Source: Natrialbaceae archaeon
GTDB lineage: Archaea; Halobacteriota; Halobacteria; Halobacteriales; Natrialbaceae
Assembly (NCBI GenBank): GCA_003552885.1
Contig: PUPA01000169.1
Span: 1-34,359, forward strand
DNA length: 34,359 nucleotides
Reading direction: 5' to 3'
Shown here: piece by piece, positions 30,615-34,359 of the stretch
Position numbering within the stretch: the stretch's first letter is position 1
How the letters are laid out: each line of letters opens with the position of its first letter
The notes under the pieces: model-generated
Told to the model about the DNA's origin: nothing
The model's database searches: none
The model's input: only the letters and a program-made list of their open reading frames with translations
Translations under genes and position numbers: made by a program

Positions 30615-31982
30615 TCAGGTCACCACCTTGCGGTATCGCAGGGCCAGCTTCGCCAGCCCCCGCCAGCCGCCGAGGGCGTCGACGACGGCCCGTTTCGCAC
30701 GGCTCGCGTGTTCTGCTTTCGGCTCTCTGTCCATCCGGAAGTACTCCGCGCCGGCGTCGGCGAACGCCGTCGGCATCGTCTCGAACAGCAGTTCGCGGTC
30801 CTCCTCGACGGTCTCCTGTAGCCAGGCGTACCGCTCTAGGTTCTTCACGACGAACGACTCCTCCAGGGCCCGACCGTAGGCCTCGAGGGCGTCGGCGTCG
30901 GTGCGACCGCGGGCGTTCGCGTCGGCGATCACCCTGCCGGCGTGGTAGCCGCTCTCGACGGCCATGTTCGTCCCCTCGAGGTGGACGCCGTTGTTGAGCA
31001 CCAGCCCGGCGGCGTCGCCGACGATCACCGCGCCGTCGTGAGCCAGGTCGGGGACGCTCTCGGCGCCACCCTCGGGGATGGTCTTCGCGCTGTACTCGAC
31101 CGTCCGCGCGTCGCGCAACAGCGGCGCGACCCGCGGGTGGGATTTGAACAGGTTCAGCGTCTCCTCGGGGCTCTGGTCGTTCGCCGCGGCGTCCTCGAGC
31201 CGGTAGGCGACGCCGACGCTGACCGTGTCGCCGTTCGTGTAGATGAAGCCGCCGCCGAAGGCCTCGCCGACGGCCCCCTCCCCGAAGTAGTGATAGGAGA
31301 CCCCGGCGTCGCCGAACAGCCGGAACCGGTCTTCGATCACGTTCTCCCCGTTCGGGAACTCGAGGACCTCCTTGGCCGCCACCGCGACGTTCTCGCGGGA
31401 CTCGGTGGCTTTGAGGTTCGCCCCCTCGCCGACCAGCGAGTTCGCCCCCTCCGCGAGGACGACGTACGGCGCCTCGACCCCGCCGTCCGGGCGGTCAGTC
31501 TCGACGCCGACGACCTCCCGACCCTCCCGGAGCAGCCCCGTCACCGTCGTCTCGGTGACGAGCGTCGCGCCGGCGTCGACGGCCTGCTCTGCGAACCACT
31601 CGTCGAACTCCCCACGGAGCACGGTGTAAGAGTCGTTGTGTGGCTCCCGGCGCCACTCGCCGGGGCTGATCGAGAGGGCCGTCTCGTCGTCGTGGCTCAG
31701 CATACTGAACCGTTTCTCGGCGACGTACCGCTCTAGGGGAGCGTCCTCGAGGTCGACCAGTTCGCGGATCGTCGGCGTGTAGAGGACGCCACCGAAGACG
31801 TTTTTCGCCCCGGGCGAGGAGCCACGCTCGATCAACAACACCTCGAGACCCCGGTCGGCCATCGTCAACGCCGCGGCGCTGCCGGCCAGCCCCGCGCCGA
31901 CGACGACGGCGTCGAACTCGCCGTCGTAGTTCGGCTCCTCGATCGCCGCGTCGCCCACACGACCGTCGAGTATCGCGCTCAT
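30615..31982 (-). CDS. fixC: FixC ETF:quinone oxidoreductase-like flavoprotein
   Basis: VVGAGLAG, ERG..PGAKNVFGG, SYTVLR..FD.W, AEGANS, FGGGFIYTN, EYSAK.IPEGG and GDAAG....LEGTNMA..SG. Confidence 0.88.
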   Translation of the reverse strand: MSAILDGRVGDAAIEEPNYDGEFDAVVVGAGLAGSAAALTMADRGLEVLLIERGSSPGAKNVFGGVLYTPTIRELVDLEDAPLERYVAEKRFSMLSHDDETALSISPGEWRREPHNDSYTVLRGEFDEWFAEQAVDAGATLVTETTVTGLLREGREVVGVETDRPDGGVEAPYVVLAEGANSLVGEGANLKATESRENVAVAAKEVLEFPNGENVIEDRFRLFGDAGVSYHYFGEGAVGEAFGGGFIYTNGDTVSVGVAYRLEDAAANDQSPEETLNLFKSHPRVAPLLRDARTVEYSAKTIPEGGAESVPDLAHDGAVIVGDAAGLVLNNGVHLEGTNMAVESGYHAGRVIADANARGRTDADALEAYGRALEESFVVKNLERYAWLQETVEEDRELLFETMPTAFADAGAEYFRMDREPKAEHASRAKRAVVDALGGWRGLAKLALRYRKVVT

Positions 31983-32992
31983 CGGGTCACCTCCATCGGT
32001 TTGCCGTCGGCCAGTTTCTCCGCGAGCTCCGGACAGACCGCCGCGAAGTCGCCGACGTAGCCGTAGTCGGCGTGCTCGAAGATCGGTGCGTTCGGGTCGT
32101 TGTTGATCGCGATCACGGTTCCGCTGTTGTTCATCCCCTCTAAGTGCTGGATCGCGCCGCTGATGCCGACGGCGACGTACAGCTCCGGCCGGACGGTCTT
32201 GCCCGTCTGGCCGACCTGTCGGGAGCCGTCGATCCAGCCCTCGTCGACCGCCGCGCGGCTCGCGGCGAGCTCGGCGTCGAGGGCCTCCGCGAGCTCGAGG
32301 GCGGGGCCGAGCTCGCCCTCGACGCCGTGGCCGACGGCGACGATCCGCTCGGCTTCGGTGATGTCGGCGGTGTCGCCGACCTCCCGTTCGAGCACCTCAC
32401 TGACCGTCTCGGCCTCTTCGACGGCGACCTCGGCGCGTTCGATCTCGCCCTCGCGATCGCGATCCGGTTCGGCGGCCTCGAAGACGCCCGGCCGGATCGT
32501 CGCCATCTGCGGGCGGTGGTCCTCACAGATGATCGTCGCGAGGATGTCCCCGCCGAAAGCGGGCCGACGTGCCTGCAGGATGCCCTCGTCGTCGACGTCG
32601 ATCTCGGTGACGTCGGCGGTGAGCCCGGCGTGGGTCGGGACGGCGACCCGGCCGGCGAAGTCCCGGCCGGTGTGGGTGCCGCCGATCAGCGCGATCGAAG
32701 GCTTGTACTCCTCGACCATCGCCCGGAACTGCGCCCCGTAGGGGTCCGCCCGGTACGGCTCGAAGACCGGATCGTCGGCGACCAGCGCGCGGTCGGCGCC
32801 GCGGGCGATCGCCTCCTCGGCGACGGCGTCGACGCCCTCGCCGATGACGAGCGCGACGAGCTCCTCGTCGGTCTTCTCGGCGAGTTTTCGCCCTTCCTCC
32901 AGGAGCTCCCAGGAGACGGGCATCACGTCGCCGGCGTGTTCCTCGACGAACACCCAGACGTCCGCGTACTCGCTCGTGTCGACGTCGGTCAT
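31979..32992 (-). CDS. fixB: Electron transfer flavoprotein alpha subunit FixB
   Basis: VWVFVE, GRDFAGRVA, GLTAD, RPAFGG, RPQMATIRPG, SRAAVD.GW, QVGQTGKTVRP.LY.AVGISGAIQH..GM and AIN.DP.APIF. Start ATG 32992 overlaps the fixA stop. Confidence 0.92.
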   Translation of the reverse strand: MTDVDTSEYADVWVFVEEHAGDVMPVSWELLEEGRKLAEKTDEELVALVIGEGVDAVAEEAIARGADRALVADDPVFEPYRADPYGAQFRAMVEEYKPSIALIGGTHTGRDFAGRVAVPTHAGLTADVTEIDVDDEGILQARRPAFGGDILATIICEDHRPQMATIRPGVFEAAEPDRDREGEIERAEVAVEEAETVSEVLEREVGDTADITEAERIVAVGHGVEGELGPALELAEALDAELAASRAAVDEGWIDGSRQVGQTGKTVRPELYVAVGISGAIQHLEGMNNSGTVIAINNDPNAPIFEHADYGYVGDFAAVCPELAEKLADGKPMEVTR

Positions 32993-33765
32993 GTCTCCAC
33001 CCCCCGTATCGGTTCGACCAGCCCGTCGACGTCGTCGACGACCTCCCCTCGCCGCTCGACGGGCTCGACGGTCTCCATCCCGCCGACGGCGGTCGGCGAC
33101 ACCGCGAGCCCGACCTCGTCGGCGATCCCGAGCTCCTCGGCCGTCAGCTGAGCGGGCTCGAAGTCGTTCTCGGCGTATATTTTGCGGTGCAGTCCCGCCG
33201 GCCGGGCCTCGAACTCGCCGTAGGCCACGGCGACGACGACCGGTAACTCGGCGGCGACCCGTTCGTGGCCGCCCTCGACGTCCCGGGTAGCGATCAGCCG
33301 GCCCCCCTCCGGGTCCGGCTCGAGCTCCTCGACGTAGGTCAGCTGCGCCCAGCCGTTGTGGGCGGCGATCCCCGGCGGAACCTGCCCCGTCGAGGAGTCG
33401 GTCGTCTCCTCGCCACAGACGACGACGTCGGCGTCGAGGGCCTCGGCCGCCCGAGCGAGCGTCAGGCTCGTCGGCCACGTGTCGCTGCCGGCGAACGCCC
33501 GGTCGGTGATGAGCACGGCGTCGTCACAGCCCATCGCGACCGCCTCCTCGAGGACGGGCGTCGCCATCGGCGGCCCCATCGTCATCGCGACCACGCGCGC
33601 GTCGACCTCGTCGGCGATCGACAGCGCCGCCTCGAGCGCGTCACGGTCCGGCGGGTTCATCACCGCCGGGGCGCTCGCTCGATCCAGTCTGCCGGTGTCG
33701 GGATCGATCCCGATCTCGTCGTCGTCAGGCACTTGCTTGACGCCGACGACGATGGTCCAGGTCAT
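32989..33765 (-). CDS. fixA: Electron transfer flavoprotein beta subunit FixA
   Basis: VGVKQVPD, MNPPD..ALEAAL, MTMGPP, ITDRAFAGSDT..TS and GQVPPGIA. Confidence 0.92.
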   Translation of the reverse strand: MTWTIVVGVKQVPDDDEIGIDPDTGRLDRASAPAVMNPPDRDALEAALSIADEVDARVVAMTMGPPMATPVLEEAVAMGCDDAVLITDRAFAGSDTWPTSLTLARAAEALDADVVVCGEETTDSSTGQVPPGIAAHNGWAQLTYVEELEPDPEGGRLIATRDVEGGHERVAAELPVVVAVAYGEFEARPAGLHRKIYAENDFEPAQLTAEELGIADEVGLAVSPTAVGGMETVEPVERRGEVVDDVDGLVEPIRGVET

Positions 33766-33769
33766 CTAC

Positions 33770-33809
33770 TCACCTACCGAGAGGGTACCGCACCAACGAT
33801 ATTGATAAA
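33770..33809 (-). promoter_or_regulatory. Putative fixABCX promoter and Shine-Dalgarno
   Basis: Minus-strand TTTATCAA at 33809-33802, and AGGTGA at 33775-33770, 4 nt before the fixA ATG. Confidence 0.5.
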
Positions 33810-33889
33810 CGGCGCCGATTCCCGAGGCGTGAGAAGATCCCTCTATCCTTCGGTGCGTTCGCCGTCGGGGGACACCGCCCCGGTCGGGT

Positions 33890-34359
33890 TCACGCCGAGA
33901 CGTGGCCCTCAGCTTCGAGGAGTTCGTGATACCGGTTGCGGATCGTCACCTCGGAGACGTTCGAGACCTCGCTGACCTGGTTCTGGGTCACCTTCTCGTT
34001 GGTGAGGAGGGCGGCGGCGTAGACGGCGGCGGCGGCCAGCCCGACCGGCGACTTCCCCGAGTGAACCCCCTCCCGCCGGGCGGCCTCGAGCAGCGCCCGG
34101 GCGCGGCGTTCGGTCTCGTCCGAGAGGCCGAGATCGCTGGCAAAACGGGGGACGTAGCTGGCCGGGTCGGCCGGCTTGACCTCCAGTCCCAGCTCGCGGA
34201 CGACGTACCGGTAGGTGCGGGCGATCTCGTCTTTCCCCACCCGGCTGACGGCGGAGATCTCGTCGAGGCTCCGCGGGGTCCCCGCCTGCCGGGCCGCCGC
34301 GTACAGCGACGACGTCGCCACCCCCTCGATCGATCGTCCCGGCAGCAGATCCTCCTCTA
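33890..34359 (-). CDS. tfb: Transcription initiation factor IIB (3' part; 5' end lies outside the window)
   Basis: Frame is open to the window edge: EEDLLPGRSIEGVATSSLYAAAR...PRSLDEI...SGKSPVGLAAAAVY...SEVTIRNRY. Confidence 0.93.
   Translation of the reverse strand, partial: EEDLLPGRSIEGVATSSLYAAARQAGTPRSLDEISAVSRVGKDEIARTYRYVVRELGLEVKPADPASYVPRFASDLGLSDETERRARALLEAARREGVHSGKSPVGLAAAAVYAAALLTNEKVTQNQVSEVSNVSEVTIRNRYHELLEAEGHVSA

Noticed and set aside
30302..33765. Nitrogen fixation implied by the fix gene names
   Set aside because: No nif genes are in the window, and FixABCX occurs widely in non-diazotrophs.

Overview
High-GC haloarchaeal chromosomal segment with an acidic proteome, TATA boxes about 25-30 bp before many ATGs, and archaeal-type CCA enzyme, LonB and TFB. 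It is mostly housekeeping. In order: a Bat-type HTH regulator, tRNA-Arg(GCG), rpa-histone-deacetylase converging on cca, tRNA-Asn(GTT), DUF2150, a small PH-like protein, a DUF790/Bax1-like nuclease, an aglF-aglM-aglJ mini-cluster, archaeal-type ppcA, nadM, lonB-abi, ogt, an MFS/cupin divergent pair, aroA, a wHTH/membrane/Zn-ribbon trio, hpt, gpmI, a frameshifted membrane-protein pseudogene, trpCBA plus ADH synthase, a Cys-less alkyltransferase-like gene, a complete fixABCX operon and the 3' part of a tfb. No CRISPR array, transposase or integrase is visible. The most notable signals are: (1) a 51-nt tRNA acceptor-stem mimic nested in hairpins just downstream of tRNA-Arg; (2) a possibly electron-bifurcating FixABCX in a haloarchaeon; (3) three 10-bp-phased TGTACA-type TRP boxes over the trpC promoter; (4) repeated short tandem duplications in intergenic spacers, several starting at gene 3' ends, plus a probable microhomology deletion. 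All calls come from reading motifs by eye; no database searches were run.
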